From Selaginella moellendorffii (Eukaryota; Plantae; Lycopodiophyta), in the NCBI RefSeq assembly GCF_000143415.4, contig NW_003314337.1, forward strand, positions 575,234 to 639,233: a stretch of DNA of 64,000 nt, written 5' to 3'. Shown here piece by piece: positions 1 through 13,840 of this stretch. Both the position numbers and the translations under genes were made by a program. The stretch's first letter is position 1; each line of letters begins with the position of its first letter. The notes under the pieces are model-generated. The model made no database searches. It was not told where the DNA came from and saw only the letters and a program-made list of their open reading frames with translations.

Positions 1-1251
1 TGGAGTCCGAGATGGAGTCCGAGATGGACCCGAGATGGAGTCCGAGATGGAGCCTGAGATGGAGTCCGAGATGGAGCCTGAGATGGAGTCCGAGATGGAG
101 TCCGAAGTCGAGACCGAGACCGGGACCGAGACCGAGACGAGACCGAGACCGAGATCGGGACCGAGACCGAGACCGAGGCCGAGGCCGAGACCGAGCCCGA
201 GCCTGAGTCCGAGTCCGAATCCGAATCCGAGTCCGAGTCCGAGTCCGGAGCCTGAGAGGGTGAAAGCCCAAAGCGTTCGTCTCCCAGACCCTGGGGGGTT
301 CGGTGAGCTCCAAAAGTATAGTAGGGGGAGGACTGCAGTGGAGCCAGTTTGGCCAGGAAAGGCCAGTTTGGCCCAGGAAGGCCAGACCCAGTGTTGGGTG
401 ATGAACTGACCACTGGGAAGTCCAAGACTAGAGTTAATATGGACCGACAAGCAGGGTAGCTTGGTGAAGTGTTCAAGAGCCGGCTCTAGTTCCCCCGGGA
501 GATCGACTGGCCGATGCTCCCAATCCAAGTGTGGGTGGCACTACCTACTTGGATACCAGGCGTGGCTCAACGGAACCTCACTCTAAGCCCATGGCTAGAG
601 CACCTAAAGGCGATAGGTGGGGAGAGTACCTAGGTGGCTCGCGTAAGGCCACGTTGTTCCAAAATGTCGTCCCAAAGGCCCAGACTGTGGAAAGGAAGAG
701 GAGCAGTCCTCTGGGGTAGTGACCAAGGACACAGTCGTGTGGTGAGGAAGTCCCAGAGGACCGTGGGACTTAGTGGTCGGGCCTGTGGGCCTCGATCCAG
801 TGGCAGTGTTGGCAAACACGGCCAGGGGCAGAAAGGGACTTGGTAGGAACTGACAAAGGGACTTTGGGGAAGGCGATTCCCCAGGTCTGTGGGCATCCTA
901 AGGATGCTAAGGAGTGGATCTAGGATGACCCCTCGTAGACAGATGGCCCAGTCTTGGAGAGACGGGATGGTGATGCAAGTGGTATTGGACCATTTGCGCA
1001 GCAAAGGTGAATGGGCATGGCCTTAGCATAACGGGCCGAGATGTCAGTGGTACCTTTGGGTGTCGGTCATGGGATCGGACACGTGGAGCACTTGGACCAA
1101 GTGCAAAGGTTGAGTGGCATGGATGCCATTCTCGGGGCTAGCAAGCCCCAAGTCCTGAATGGGACTTATGGAGGTTGTGAATGAGACTCCTCCAAGTGGT
1201 CGGAGGTGTGGTTAAGTGACTAAAGTAGAATGGAAAAATTAGTCGCTTACA
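1..1251 (+). mobile_element. LTR (family A, ~1.7 kb), 5' end outside the window, inserted into the transposase of DNA transposon copy 1
   Basis: Near-identical to LTRs at 15509-17185 and 17507-19303. Ends ...AGTCGCTTACA at 1251, followed directly by transposase sequence (tgcctttgatgc) that is uninterrupted in copy 2 (~25733). Confidence 0.92.
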
Positions 1252-3406
1252 TGCCTTTGATGCAATTTTGGAATTCATCGTAGAGTTGTGGGAGGGTGAG
1301 GACATTGGATCGCCGGAGGGACTCTGCCAGGTGACTGAACATGGCATCGACGTCTTCATGAGTGTGCCCAACCATGAGAAAGCCAAGTGTAACCGTTTCA
1401 AATATGCCTTTGGCAACAAGCATCGCCAAGTACGCGAAGACATACATGTTTTTGTTCTCACTGCCAGCATTGTCTGTTTGGAGCAGAAGATGGGGTGGAA
1501 GGCCACATCGGCCGCAAGAACTTCCTTGAGATTCTGCTTCGTTTGGATGAGGCTGTGCATTCACCGGGCGACCAGCCTCGTCGGAATGGCATGAGGCCTC
1601 ACGTGATAACCCTACAATCTGACGGCCAACATATTCACTGGGATGGCATGGGGCCCCACGCGATACTGCAAACCTTTGCTCCTCCTCCAGCTGAACCCTG
1701 TATGGGGTTCGATCGACAAGGGCCTTATGCAAGGGTTGGCCGTTCAGCTCAGTCTGCACACTTTGTAGAGACCTTAAGTGTTTTGCTAGGGACGCAATCA
1801 TCATGTTTGCACCCCCGCCACCCCATAGAGGTACAAAGAAGTTCCCATAGTTCTGGGCACCATGCCCATGAGCGATTATGCCAAACAGAGACACAGGCAG
1901 CTGCATGGATGAAGAGATTGCCTTGGGGGCAGGATTGAGTCGAGGTAAGCACGTCTTTTTCTGGTCCATTTTGTCGTGGATGATGCAGAGGTAAGAGTCA
2001 GGTCTCTCCATGGAGAGAATCCTGTTATGATAATATGCAGTCCTGCAACTTCTCTACTCGATGTCGTGGTCGAGCTGCCTTCTAACCAACGTCTCTCGCT
2101 CTTGAGCGCTGCAAGAATTCTTCGACAAAGCCATTTTGATAGCAGTGCACTCGTCACACTTTGAAAAGCTGGAGTACTTTCCTATACTCACATCCCTGAA
2201 CCTGTTGCTCCACAATCTACTAAATCTAGATTGGCTCAGCTTCCTGTAGCCATTACTCTGGAGTTCCCGATTCACATCTTCCAATATGGCCCCCTTGGTA
2301 TATATGGAAGGGAGAACTCGTTGGGTGTCTCGTGTTCCATCTTCCAAGAGGCGGGTTTTATGTGGTTGCTGCTCGCTACATGTCTCGACAAACCTCTTGA
2401 AGATTGCCTCTCCATATACAACATGACCCCTGGTTTTGTGCGTACCGTCGTTCCCATGGACTGCCTGTTGAACCCTTTGTTCCTCGAACTCAGTTTTGAT
2501 TCTGTAGAATGTGGTTCGAGGGACTCCATAAATGATTCTCCATGCCTTCATGCAGACCAAACCCCTCTGGAAGACCATGCCCCCCACCTGATGTTCTGAA
2601 GCATCAACAGATGACCGTAATGCCTCATACACAAAATTGCGAGCTGCCTTCCAGGACAATGTCTTGTATCTTGCTCTCTCCTCTTCAATAGCATCCCAAT
2701 CAGCATGTTGACAGCACCTCCTCTTGCAACAAGCAACTGTCGAGACCATTCGACCCTCCATCGCCATTTTCTGCCTTTTCGGTTCGTTGCTCAGATCCCT
2801 TTGGCTGCGCTGTAGGAAGGTGTACTTTCTTTTCCCATGAAGAGATGTTCTGTCATCAGTTGTAGTGGTGTTTGATTGTGAATCCTTCACATTCTCAAAC
2901 ACTAAATGCCTCAATTTCCACCGCACAATGCTTCCAATAGTCAGACTGTTTTCTTCTGTGTCAACAACCTCTAAAATCGCAACTCCAATATCATCCCAGC
3001 CCAATTCTTGATTAGCAACTGCATCTCTTGGATCGACAACTGTGGCTAAGCCCTCAGCTACCACCTCCCCCTCGGGGTTGTTTAGAAACACCTTTGCCTG
3101 AATCCATGTAGCACAGTTCTTAAGATCCACGGAGGGAACATGCGTCGCACTTGCGCTGTCCCCAACATCTGCTTTCTTTTGCAGATTTTTCAAGGCAACA
3201 ACAACATTTACCCCGACGACCATCTCTCCTCGTTCAATAGCGACCACATTCCCATCGAAGACAGTCTCTACTGATACAGCAGCATTGCCTTCCCCAAGCC
3301 TTTGACAGTGTATAGCAAAGTTCCGATCCATAGACACAAGGGTCCCTTTTGCAACTCTCTTCCCACCATTCAAAATGTAAACCTTTTCCCCAACCCTGAA
3401 GGCCAT
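1252..3406 (-). pseudogene. Sola/DUF7869-like DDD transposase, copy 1 (nonsense codon and LTR insertion)
   Basis: Motifs FSKCDEC, IIHDKMDQ, LQTDNAGSENKN and FLMVGHTHEDVDAMFS. TAG at 2054-2056 where copy 2 has CAG. Truncated at 1252 by the LTR. Confidence 0.85.
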
Positions 3407-3550
3407 TCTGAAAGTGCAGAAAAGAAGTTAAGACCATACAAAAAATGATTGGAGAATGGCCTAAATCATAACATACCAAATAGCATGAGGCCACATGCCA
3501 TTATTCAAACATGCTATTGACACCCACGTGAAATTTCGCATTCACAAAAT

Positions 3551-3780
3551 TGGCATGAGCCCTCATGCCATTAGTGGTACCACTAATGGCATGAGGCCTC
3601 ACGCTATCTTTGGCCCCTGCTAGCCTGTTGCTATATTCCTTTTGCCTTGTTGCAACTGTATATATTTTTGTGTGCATGACTAGTCACCCATACAAAAATA
3701 TATACAGTTGCAGCAAGGCAAAAGGAATATGGCAATAGGCTAGCAGGGGCCAAAGATGGCATGAGGCCTCATGCCATCTT
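3551..3780. repeat. Long inverted repeat (~95-bp arms centred on GACTAGTC near 3682) plus a short foldback centred on GTGGTACCAC, bounded by 22-bp palindromes
   Basis: 3586-3682 is the near-perfect reverse complement of 3683-3780. About 206 bp of this block is absent from copy 2 (28040). Confidence 0.9.
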
Positions 3781-4898
3781 GATATACACACAGCTGCAGG
3801 CAAGTAAAAACATACATGACAATACGCTAGCCATGAAATTGCAAGGGCCTAAGATGGCATGTGGCCTCATGCCATCTCTAAATGTGGTCCTAAACCATTC
3901 CATGGTGAACATACCAGGAAGCACAAGTGCCGAATATCAAGAGGAAGCGGTAGCCACACCAAAGACAGTGCCGCTCGCAACACCGCAACTACTCGTAGCG
4001 CCGCTCGCAACACCGCAACTGCTCGTAGTGCCGCTCGCACAAACTGCCACTCGCATAAACTGCCGCTCGCAATGGCGCTCGCAATGCCGCAACTGCTTGT
4101 AGACGCATAAACCACAACTCACAACGCCGCTTACACAAGCAGCGCTCACTGCGCTCAGCGGAACCAAGAACACGGCACACAAAAATGATAGACCTAGGAA
4201 TGAGTTCGAGAATTCAAAAATAACACACGCTTGAACGTCACATCAAATCCTCTGACAAACCAGATGTTATGATTCCTCTGACAAATTTCAAACTGAGTAG
4301 CTTCTAGACTTTGCTGTCGTAGGTTGAACTTTGTCACATCATGTCCTTGCCTCGATCCAGCTGTGCCATGTCAGTGATTCGAACTTTGCCATGCCATGTC
4401 AGCGATCCGCGCCAAGATTATTCGCCGTGTAAAGGAATAATTATGCTGTGTGTGTACGTCCATTTATGGCAATATAAGGCCACACGCCATTCAAAGAATA
4501 ATGCTAGTCGAGCATTTTTTGGTGCATTTTTGGGTTCAAAATTGCATGAGCCCACACGCTATAAAGTTTACCTGTACCAAAAATAGAAACAGCTTTATTT
4601 ACTTGGGAATTTAAGTGGTTGAGGCATTTTTAAACTTACAAACACATGCCCTACTTACATTCCTTTGGTTGCTTAAAATTCAAAAATATTATAAACCTTT
4701 CTTTTTGCATTTTCAATGTTTTCAATTATGGTTTTTGATTTTCGCAGGACCAGCCTAGTAATCTATTTGCATCCCGTCATGTTTATAGCTAGCTTTCGTT
4801 TGTCCCCTTCACTAGCCTGAGATACATCTGCTCGGAATCTGCCTCTTACAGCATTTGCCTAGAAAGGGCATCTTTCTTCACGCAGCATTTGCCACATG

Positions 4899-4930
4899 TT
4901 TAGGGTTAGGGTTTAGGGTTTAGGGTTTAG
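4899..4930 (+). repeat. Interstitial plant telomeric repeat / telobox cluster
   Basis: TTTAGGG TTAGGG TTTAGGG TTTAGGG TTTAG between the two divergent transposon genes. Confidence 0.85.
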
Positions 4931-6172
4931 CAATTCAGTAGCTTGATAAACATGAAAATACAGAACTTGATACAAAATCCTTTGATATGTCACAATGCCC
5001 CTAGGACCATAAACACATTTCAATAGAGAGGGTCCTTTCATTTCATAACTCTTTACATAGATCTTGGTGAAACCAGAGTTAGTGAAGTTGGTTTCTTGTG
5101 ATCCCGCATCTGATTGTGATGTCCCTTTGCAGTGTCGATGGAAAGGTCAATGCACACCAAACTGTAGAATCTTGGAGCAAAATAACGGTCGGATCTATGG
5201 CAAATGCCCTTGAAACATTGTAAGGCTCGTGTGGTCTCATGTGGTGTCCGATCGAGATGCTTCTTTGCAGGGTCATCAAGAAGGACATTGTATACCATTC
5301 TGTAAAATCTAGTTGCGATCTAACGGTTGGATCTCCAGGAAACTCAAAACAATCTCGCGCCTGTCAGAATATTCTAGGAATATACTCGTATGTGCTCCTG
5401 AAAATGGCATGTGGCCCCATGCCATTCAAGAGATAACGCCAGATGACGCGGAGCATTTTTTGGTGCATTTTTTGGGATCAAAATTGCATGAGCCCACATG
5501 CTTGAACGTCACATCAAATCCTCTGACAATTTATTTAGCTGAACATCTGGCATTTTTGGAAATACAAGATGCTTTGGAATATCCAATCATGCATGGTATA
5601 AATATAGCGAGGGTATTAAATGATATCCCAATCATGATCTTTCTTTTGGATTTCGCGTGCATGCAGTCCGAGGAATGATGACGTTGCGGATTTCTTTTGG
5701 ATTTCATGCATGCGCGTGCCGATCCAGAAATTAATGGTGGCGCCCAAGTCCGAGGAATGATGACATGGCGGGATTACCAACCGTCGTGACATTTCGCACG
5801 TGTGAGGTTAGGTTTTGCATTTTGCTTCGTACTCGCGCTCGCACACTCGCGCTCGCATCGCGCTCCCACTCGCGCTCCCACTTCTCTACAGGTTTCTCGT
5901 GTGCATCGGCGTCCACTCGCGCTTGCATCACACTCGCGCTCGCATCGCGCTCGTGTGCATTGGCATCCACTTCAAGACACACCCAGTTTGTAACTTCGCC
6001 GCCAACTCTGCCGCCCACTCCGCCACCCACACGCAGCCCACTTGGCATCCCGGGAGATTTCAGCGCCACTCTCCAACTGTAAGTGGCAGAGTAGCCTTGC
6101 TGCTACGATCCGCTGCACACACAGTGCACATTCGCCAGCGAGTCCGGTTGTCACGCCTCCATTCGGCTTCAA

Positions 6173-9100
6173 ATGGTAAGTCTTTTAGGCTAAGTAGAAA
6201 ATGGCATGAGGCCACATGCCATTCAGTAGCAACATTGGCATGCACCGATTGGGCTCTCGAGTGCAGTCCGGTTATAGATGGCGTGTAGCCTCACGCCATC
6301 TTAGGATGCAGCCTCAAGACATCTGATGCAGTGGTGAATGGCGTGTGGCCTCACGTTATTTCCAGCTACTAGCTTTTCATCTGTCAGCTCTAATTGTTGT
6401 GCATTTCTGAACAGGCGAGGAATTGCGTTCTTCTTCTAGCCATTGTCAATGTGGATGCAGAGAAGGGGGAGGAGCTCACCAGTTGGACTTTCGGGATGGA
6501 AGGCAAGGATCTGAGGCTGTACAACACAGATGGTAGGAGAAAAGAATGCATGGGGATCCTCATCCAAGTGACAGACACTCCATGCAGTTCCATGCAAGAA
6601 TATGGACTGGCACTTGTGGTAGAGACAGCGTCTGCCTTCAAGATCCACCTTGCACATCCTAGCGGCTTCCCGGAGGGGGGCAGCGGCTATGAGGAATTCC
6701 TAGAGGGAGCTAGGGAGAGGTTGTCCAGGAGGCCCACAATTTCAAAGACGCTGCGGGTCTATGAAGATCACATGGAATCCACGGACCTCACCTACGGCGA
6801 TGTTCAAAAACTATATTCCAACATTGAGCCGTTGAGAGTGCCTCCAGTTCGCGAAGCGAAGGGGAAGGGGGTCGATCTAGAAACTACCCCGAAGCAGAAA
6901 AGGGTGGTCAAGCTCAAGCCGACGTCCGACTCTCCTCCAAAAAAGAAGCTACTCGGTGATGCCATTGCCTCGGGTTCGAACACTACACCCACCAAAAAGA
7001 AGAGCCGCAAAGAGCAGAAAGAGCAAGAAGAGGTAGCAAAAATCGTCACAGATAATAGTACTTGTTACTATTCCAACAAAGTATATACAATCGACGTGAG
7101 CCGTATCGACATCCAAAGCAAATACAACCACAGGCTAGTATCTGATGAGTGGGTGGAGAAACTGAAGCAGAAGATGCTGGCAAGTCCAGTAACATCCAAC
7201 ATCGCAGACGTGATCCCCTACTACCGAACAATGAAGGGCGAGACGAGGTTTCCAGACTTGATCAATAGGAAGGTGTTGGACGAGCAGAACATCCGGTTCT
7301 ATGCCATCTCCGGGCAGCATTCTAGCTTGGCGATGCAAGAGATAGTTGTGGATATTATGGTGGGCGAGGAGGTGAAGAAAGTCTTCAAGACAAGAGTTGT
7401 CCGCCTGATAAAAGGCAACTCGCCCCTCCGATCTATCATATACATCTCCCACGCGTAGAATGTCAAGCAAGAAACGTGCTACAAATCGGGTCTGCACGAG
7501 ACATTGGCACGAACACGGAAGCTCTGGGTTCAACTGAAGAAGCCACAAAAACCAGGACAAGGACGTGCACTAGCAACTAGCGCCTGGCAGGTAAGCCTCG
7601 TTGCATGTGGCATAGCATGTGGCCTCACGCCATTTCCATTGCAGGAATTCTCGAGTCTTCTCTCGAAAACACTGGGGGTCAATGACACACTCAGCATCCA
7701 TAACATTCTACTCGCGACAAAAGTTGTTTTTGACAAATGGGTAGATGTGCTAAGGAGGTACTATGACGGGGAGTTGCCAAACTCAATGGGTGTGGAGGAC
7801 GGCCGGAAGCCCAATGATTTGAAGCTCAACACCTTGCGTTTCTCGCGGTCTCTAGACGACGACGACCTTCTGACAGTGGCTAATGCTCTTCTACGTGGTG
7901 AGGTAGTCTTCAACAAGACCAAAATGACTCCCGGCCATATTGTGACATACGAGGACTTGTGCACGACTCTGAGAGCTCGTGCGCTATTGAAGGATTGGAT
8001 CTTCGAGCAAGTGGCCGTGGAGAGGGTGAGCATCGACACCACGCAAGAGATGATGGAAGCGCTGGAGTTGTCAAATGAAGACATCGACGAGTACGTGAAG
8101 GGAGCCCCCAAGTTCATCGATCTGCTGCGGGATGCCACGAAAAGTAAAGCTGAGAAGTTGGATCAGTATCCAAATTTCATTAAGATTGATGTCGACCGCC
8201 GGCTTCAGAAACAGCTCGACCCCACAGCAGAGGCCTATCGAGAACCTTACCGGGTATACTTGAATTCAGATGAGGATCAAAGGTGGAGGAGCATCATTTT
8301 CCGTGGAGATGAGCAGGTCAAGAACATCTTTTGTGTGATGGACTTCACAAACGAGGAGATCACTCATGCAGACGAAGTCAGCTCCATCATTGACTTAATG
8401 GTGGGACTTGCGGAGGTGGAATCTTTAGTCCACTATATGATCTACGACTCCGAATCCTATCACAAGTTCTGGAAGGCCTTGAACGAGGTGAAGGCTCGGT
8501 TGAAAGGCAAGGAGATGCGGGAGATCCATGGGATAATGGCTAAGAAGAAGATACCGACGAATGTCCGCATCTTCACACTTGCCCTTGTTATTGGTCCTGC
8601 AGCAGAGTGGGACTGGAGTGACTTCCCAGCTTCGTTCGACAAGGCCAATCGAATTGATCTGAGGGAGGTCAATTTACCCGTGCCTGAGGAACTGAAGACG
8701 GCTATGGAGCTTTCGAATCCAAAGAAAGCTCCAGGTGCAGCATGGGAAATGCTCAGCTGGGTCTTCAACGCAATAGCGGGTGGGTCACCTGCTTCCGACT
8801 CCAAGGGCAAATGCGTTGTCGAGTACAACTGCGGCGGACTATTCTTTCGAGCCGCACTACTCAAGGGTGTCCCGTGTGTTGCGGTGACAAACTCCATTGA
8901 AGAGGTGACTTCAATGGAGCATATAATTACAGTTGCCAAAGAAAAACAGTATCTTCTCTGCGAACCTGGTGAGTACACACTTTAAGTTTAAATGTTATCT
9001 CACAAGCTCTGTATGCAGGAGTGTGGCCACCCCCAGATGCTGAAACGGCGTTAACAGCTACTGTTGAAGATACCCATGTTGGGCCGAGCTCACAACCTGC

Positions 9101-11772
9101 ACAAGGTCACGTGAGGCCTCACGCCATTTTGATTATAGATCGTTGTGAATATTCAGACACGAGGACTGAAAAGTGCACTGGTGGCACATCGAAGAAGGAC
9201 AAACAGACAAGCAATAGGAAAAAAGGAGGTACAAATTATATTTGCAATGGCGTGTGGTCTCATGCCATTCCTTGCAGGAGAAACTTCTTCAAAGGCAAAA
9301 CAGGCAAGCACCAGCCAAGCTCAAACTGACAGTGGTCATAAAAAGCGAAAGCACGTTGGACAGTCGTCGAGATCAGAGGCGTTTGATTCGAAAAGGAAGA
9401 AGGGCAACGAAAAGATGATAGGTAATGCCTCGCGGTTATGGCGTGTGTGCTCATGCCATTCATTGCAGATCAAGGGCTGAGTGAAAGCAGGCAGTCACCA
9501 CCTCCTGACTCAGATTCCTATGGCGGACTCCCCTTCCCCAATCTCAATGGAGAGGTACAATGGATGAGGGAAGCTTTTCAAGTCAGGGCCATGTTTTTCT
9601 CATCTCGTCGTCTTCGAAGGGTGCAAGAACGTGCAGAAACCATGTTAAGACAGTCGGGTGAGGATACGGTCCTAGGTCACGCACTAAAACAGGCTATGGA
9701 TGTCTTGTATTTTGAGATGGAGACTCGGCCAGATGATTTTCCCAAGATGGTCCTGGAAGAACAAGCCATCCAGCCTGAGCAGCCTATGGAAGAAATGCAG
9801 GAGGGGGATGAGGAGCCAGAGAAAGATAATGAGCAGGAAGAGCAGAAGGACGAAGAGGAGGACAAAGAAGAGGAGGACGAAGAGGACTTGGATGGTCCTC
9901 ACAATGGTGACGATCACAATAACGACGACGACGATGATGACGACGATGGCCAGCCTGAGGTGGCCAAAGAGTAGCGGAGGAAGGTCATACAAGACAAACC
10001 ATCAGGTAAATAATAGTACATCCATTCCTAACCTTTTACCATTTCTAACATTGTCCATGTAGGTCGCAGAGCAAATGGTAAGTAGAGATTATTCAGTTGA
10101 ATTTACAAACTCTAGCCTTTAGTGTCGAGGAAGGATAGTGCCAAGCAAGGGTCGAAACGTATGTCCAATCCTTCAGAATCAGCAGTGCGCCCAAGTGATA
10201 TCGGTCCTAGTTCCTCAATAGCAGTTGATGGTAAATACAGTATAGTCGATTCAATGTGCTAATGAGTTTGTTTTTAGTAGCACGGGAGGATACCATCTCA
10301 ATCGAAGGGAGATATTTGGACATGCATATGGATCTGCCAGTGGACTCTACTTGGCTGCAAGAGTCATCAGAGCTGGTGGAGGCTACTATCCATATCAACG
10401 CCAAGCAAGCTGACCACGCTCCACTTGATGCTGCCCATACCACTAAGTCAATCTTGTCCACGTATCCAACTGACGGTGACCAGGCGCCATTGGACCCACA
10501 TGAGGCCGCCCCAGCCGCTGAGCCGGTCGTATCCTCATTTCCAACGGACTCAACGTGTGCCCAATCGTCTGACTACGCGCCGTTGGAACCTCCCTACACC
10601 GACCCTGCTGCCTGTTCGGTCATGTCCACTTTGCCAATGGAGGCACCAGCTGAAATGGCGTGTGATCACACGCCATTGGAACCACCCCATGCCACTGTTG
10701 AGCCAGTTGTACTAGAGTCTACAGCTGAAATGGCATGTGCCCACACGCCATCGGATGCGATTGACCCCACATTGCAGAGGAGAGTATTTCCGCCGTTCAC
10801 GTTTCCTCGACCAAAACCCTCTCAACGACCATCGGGAGCACCATTCGCTAATATTGTAGATGGTAAAATTGACTTGTACCATTTTTTATGCTGACGCATT
10901 TCATTTCAGAGTCACGGCGAAGGTACTGTATCGTTTTTGATCTGAACGGTGTCCTTTTCTCCCATGAGCATGGCTCGTCCTCGAATGTCATTGCACCCTC
11001 CAAAGCCTGCGGTCGCAAGTTGGTCAAAAGAGACAGATTCACATTAATCACACAGGAGAAACTGCGGGATCTAATAATGACCATGCGACACTTAAAACAG
11101 AGGGCCGGGTTCAATTTGCAATTGGGAGTTTGGACATCCATGATGCGCCACAATGCATTAACATTGCTACAGATGATGCATGATCAGACGCGAGTAATAT
11201 TACCATTTGACTTTCTCCTAACGTAGGAGGATTGCTTGACTATGGTCCATGTGAGGGGTAGCAAGCCCATCTTCGTCAAGCCAGAGGCTGTAGTGATGAA
11301 CCGGACTGCTAGCTCAAGTGAAATCCTCATCATCGATGACTCGCCGATTAAAACTGCAGTGAACACGCACACATATGCAGTGCACCCCATCTCTTGCAGT
11401 ATGGAAACTAGGGAGAAGAAACCGTATGTTCTGGGGGACCTTGCAAAACGGCTTGGAGCGATGGTGATAGAGAACCGGCCAGTCCAGGAGGTGGCTGCAG
11501 AAATCAACCAAATGGCAGATGGAATGGTATATCAGAAGCCATTTGATTGGACAGACACCAGTCATCATTTATGGCATGTATATTGTCTAGCCAAGCACTA
11601 TCCGCATCTCCATAATCTGCTCAACCGGATGGGTTTTTCGACCACTGAACATGAGCGTGGACGTATTAGAGAAGAGATGGCATTACTATTGGGTTTAAAT
11701 CCTCATAGTGTGGAGAGTGATGAAATTCCAAGATTATTGTATAGGCGTTGGAGGCAAAAAATAACAGTCTGA
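6173..11772 (+). pseudogene. Multi-exon transposon accessory gene (ParB-like / MTase-like / FCP1-like HAD), copy 1, inactivated
   Basis: Same exon structure as 30820-36396. CAG>TAG stops at 7456, 9972 and 11224. The GTAAG donor near 9106 is lost. Confidence 0.75.
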
Positions 11773-12190
11773 GATGGCATGTATTTATTTAAAAATGTAA
11801 CTTATTATGGCATGGGGTTCCATGCCATTGTATTAATATTAAAAGACAATTCTTTGAGAGGATTTGCATTATACTAGAAGTGTTACAGCATGTTATTGGA
11901 AGTTTACGAAGTTGTTTTATTAATAAGGGGAAAGTAAAGATTGAATGGGGACTTGGGCTCCACCTAGACTTGGAGCAACTGAGCCAATATTAAAAGGATG
12001 GAAAGAAATTGGACGACGATGACAAGGAGAAGAGAGAGGTGAAGTAGTGGCAGGGGGAGGAGAAGTGATTGAGTAGACATTTCCTTGTTTAAAATAAAAT
12101 GGCATATGCCTCAATGCAGTTGAATTTTGTTATATTTATATACTATATAAAGGTTTGGAAACCTTATTTTACAAGTGGGATAATGACAAT

Positions 12191-12214
12191 TCCCACTTTA
12201 ACGAAATAGAGCTT
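12191..12214. repeat. Right terminal inverted repeat (24 bp) of transposon copy 1
   Basis: TCCCACTTTAACGAAATAGAGCTT is the exact reverse complement of 24131-24154. Confidence 0.92.
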
Positions 12215-13840
12215 TCAAGGAAACAACTCTAGAAAAAGTTCACGGTAATCACACTATGTGAGAAATGCATCAACTTAAATGAGTTAGGAGGCAACCTCTT
12301 TATCTAATGCGGATGCGCTACCAGCTCAGACACCTTCCAGCCGTCGCTGACAAGGAAATGACCAACGGAGTCAGCCACCCTTGCTGCTCTGGGAGTCACC
12401 CAGCTTACAAAAGTGTGATATGCCCTGCCCGCAGAGACATAGAGAGAGGAACCAGAGGCCCCAACCCTCCTGAGCAAAGAAACCAAACCCGTCGGTAAGG
12501 TTTAGATAGACTACTGTAAACAGGCAGTTAGAGTTGTTTACACGGTCACGCCCTTTCAACGGAATAAGGAACATCGACAGAGAGGTGGGTGATGTGACCA
12601 GTCGACAGTAGCTACCCCATGACTAGAGATTTCACCATGCACACGAAGTGCCGAAGCCAGTCTGCCCATTACTGGCCCAAACTCAAAGAACAATAGATGG
12701 ACAATATCAAAGTCATAGACAATGATATCTTAGAGTCGGAATTATCAGTGAATAAATCTTATATTAGAACACACAAGTATTCCAAGTATGTTATCATCTG
12801 ATAAATTAGTATTATAGGATAGGAACCACCAAGATCACTATCATTGGAAAACATAGGATTAACCATCCAACAAAATTCAATAGCAAGTATATCATCAAGT
12901 AAACTCAATGATAAAACTTAACTACCGAAGATGGTAGACAGGATGCCAAACAACTTACTAAAGATAACTCAAAGAACACAAAGTATCATTGACTAACAAG
13001 TACAATACTCGCGAATGTATCACCTGAAGGAAATAACATCCTAATCTATAAGAACTAACTCAGGCAATAATCAATAGAACAAAATGAATGTTGCAAAGCA
13101 AGCAAATATAGTGTTCATGCCAATCATCGCACTAGCCAATCCAGATAGATCCCAGCCAATAACACCAAGGAACTCAAGTTGCCTAAGCAAGTGTCAGCAA
13201 CATCCTACTGATGTCTCAATCCCAAGAGACCAAACCAGAGCAAACCACAAATAATATGTGGTATTGCGAAAAGCCATAAGCCATCAAAGATAAGAACTAA
13301 CCATCATGAAAGATCATTAATTATCCCATCAATAAAGAGATGCATAATCACCATCTAAGAAGGAATCCACCATCCTAAAGAACGGCAAACCATTTTATAC
13401 CAACAATAATTAAGCAAAACCTTTTTGACAAAGATAATCAACTATCCCAGATAATAGTCAATCATCACCAATGATTGCTAGATGCAAAAGCCAACTTCAA
13501 CATTGAAGCTAATAAGTCAAAATGTCTTCCCCACGTTAGGCCACCGGTATGCCGAAATAGCGCCAAACTCCGTTTGGCTCCGTTTTGCGTGCTGGTCCTG
13601 GCATTGGGATGCTGGTTGCTTCAGGACTGTTCCAAGTCACTCCGGGCCCCTGTCCCTTCGCTCCTTGGGCTGTGTGCTCAGGAGTTGCTCCGTGGTTCGG
13701 TTCCATCACTCCTTGGCTCCATGCTTGGGAGTTTGGCACCGTTCGTTCGTTCAGTGGCCCAAGGCCCTGAACCTTGGGTTCCTATGGACACGTGGCATGG
13801 ACATGTGGCATGTGACATGTGGCATCTGTCACGTGGCACA
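12215..13840 (-). mobile_element. Possible LTR or noncoding fragment of a second retroelement family
   Basis: Noncoding and strand-skewed. The minus strand begins TGTGCC at 13840, where pol-like sequence starts. ACRTGGCA repeats at ~13788-13838. No second copy to confirm. Confidence 0.3.

Larger units (their letters stand above)
1252..12214. mobile_element. Large TIR DNA transposon, copy 1 (left part cut by the LTR insertion; right TIR present)
   Basis: Colinear and highly similar to 25733-36825. Homology stops after GAGCTT at 12214, the end of a 24-bp TIR. Confidence 0.9.

Noticed and set aside
1112-1133. GAGTGGCATGGATGCCATTCTC in the LTRs, and ATGGCATGGGGGCCCAGCCAAT near 52119, as copies of the transposon palindrome
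   Set aside because: The spacing or second arm is wrong, so these are probably coincidental.
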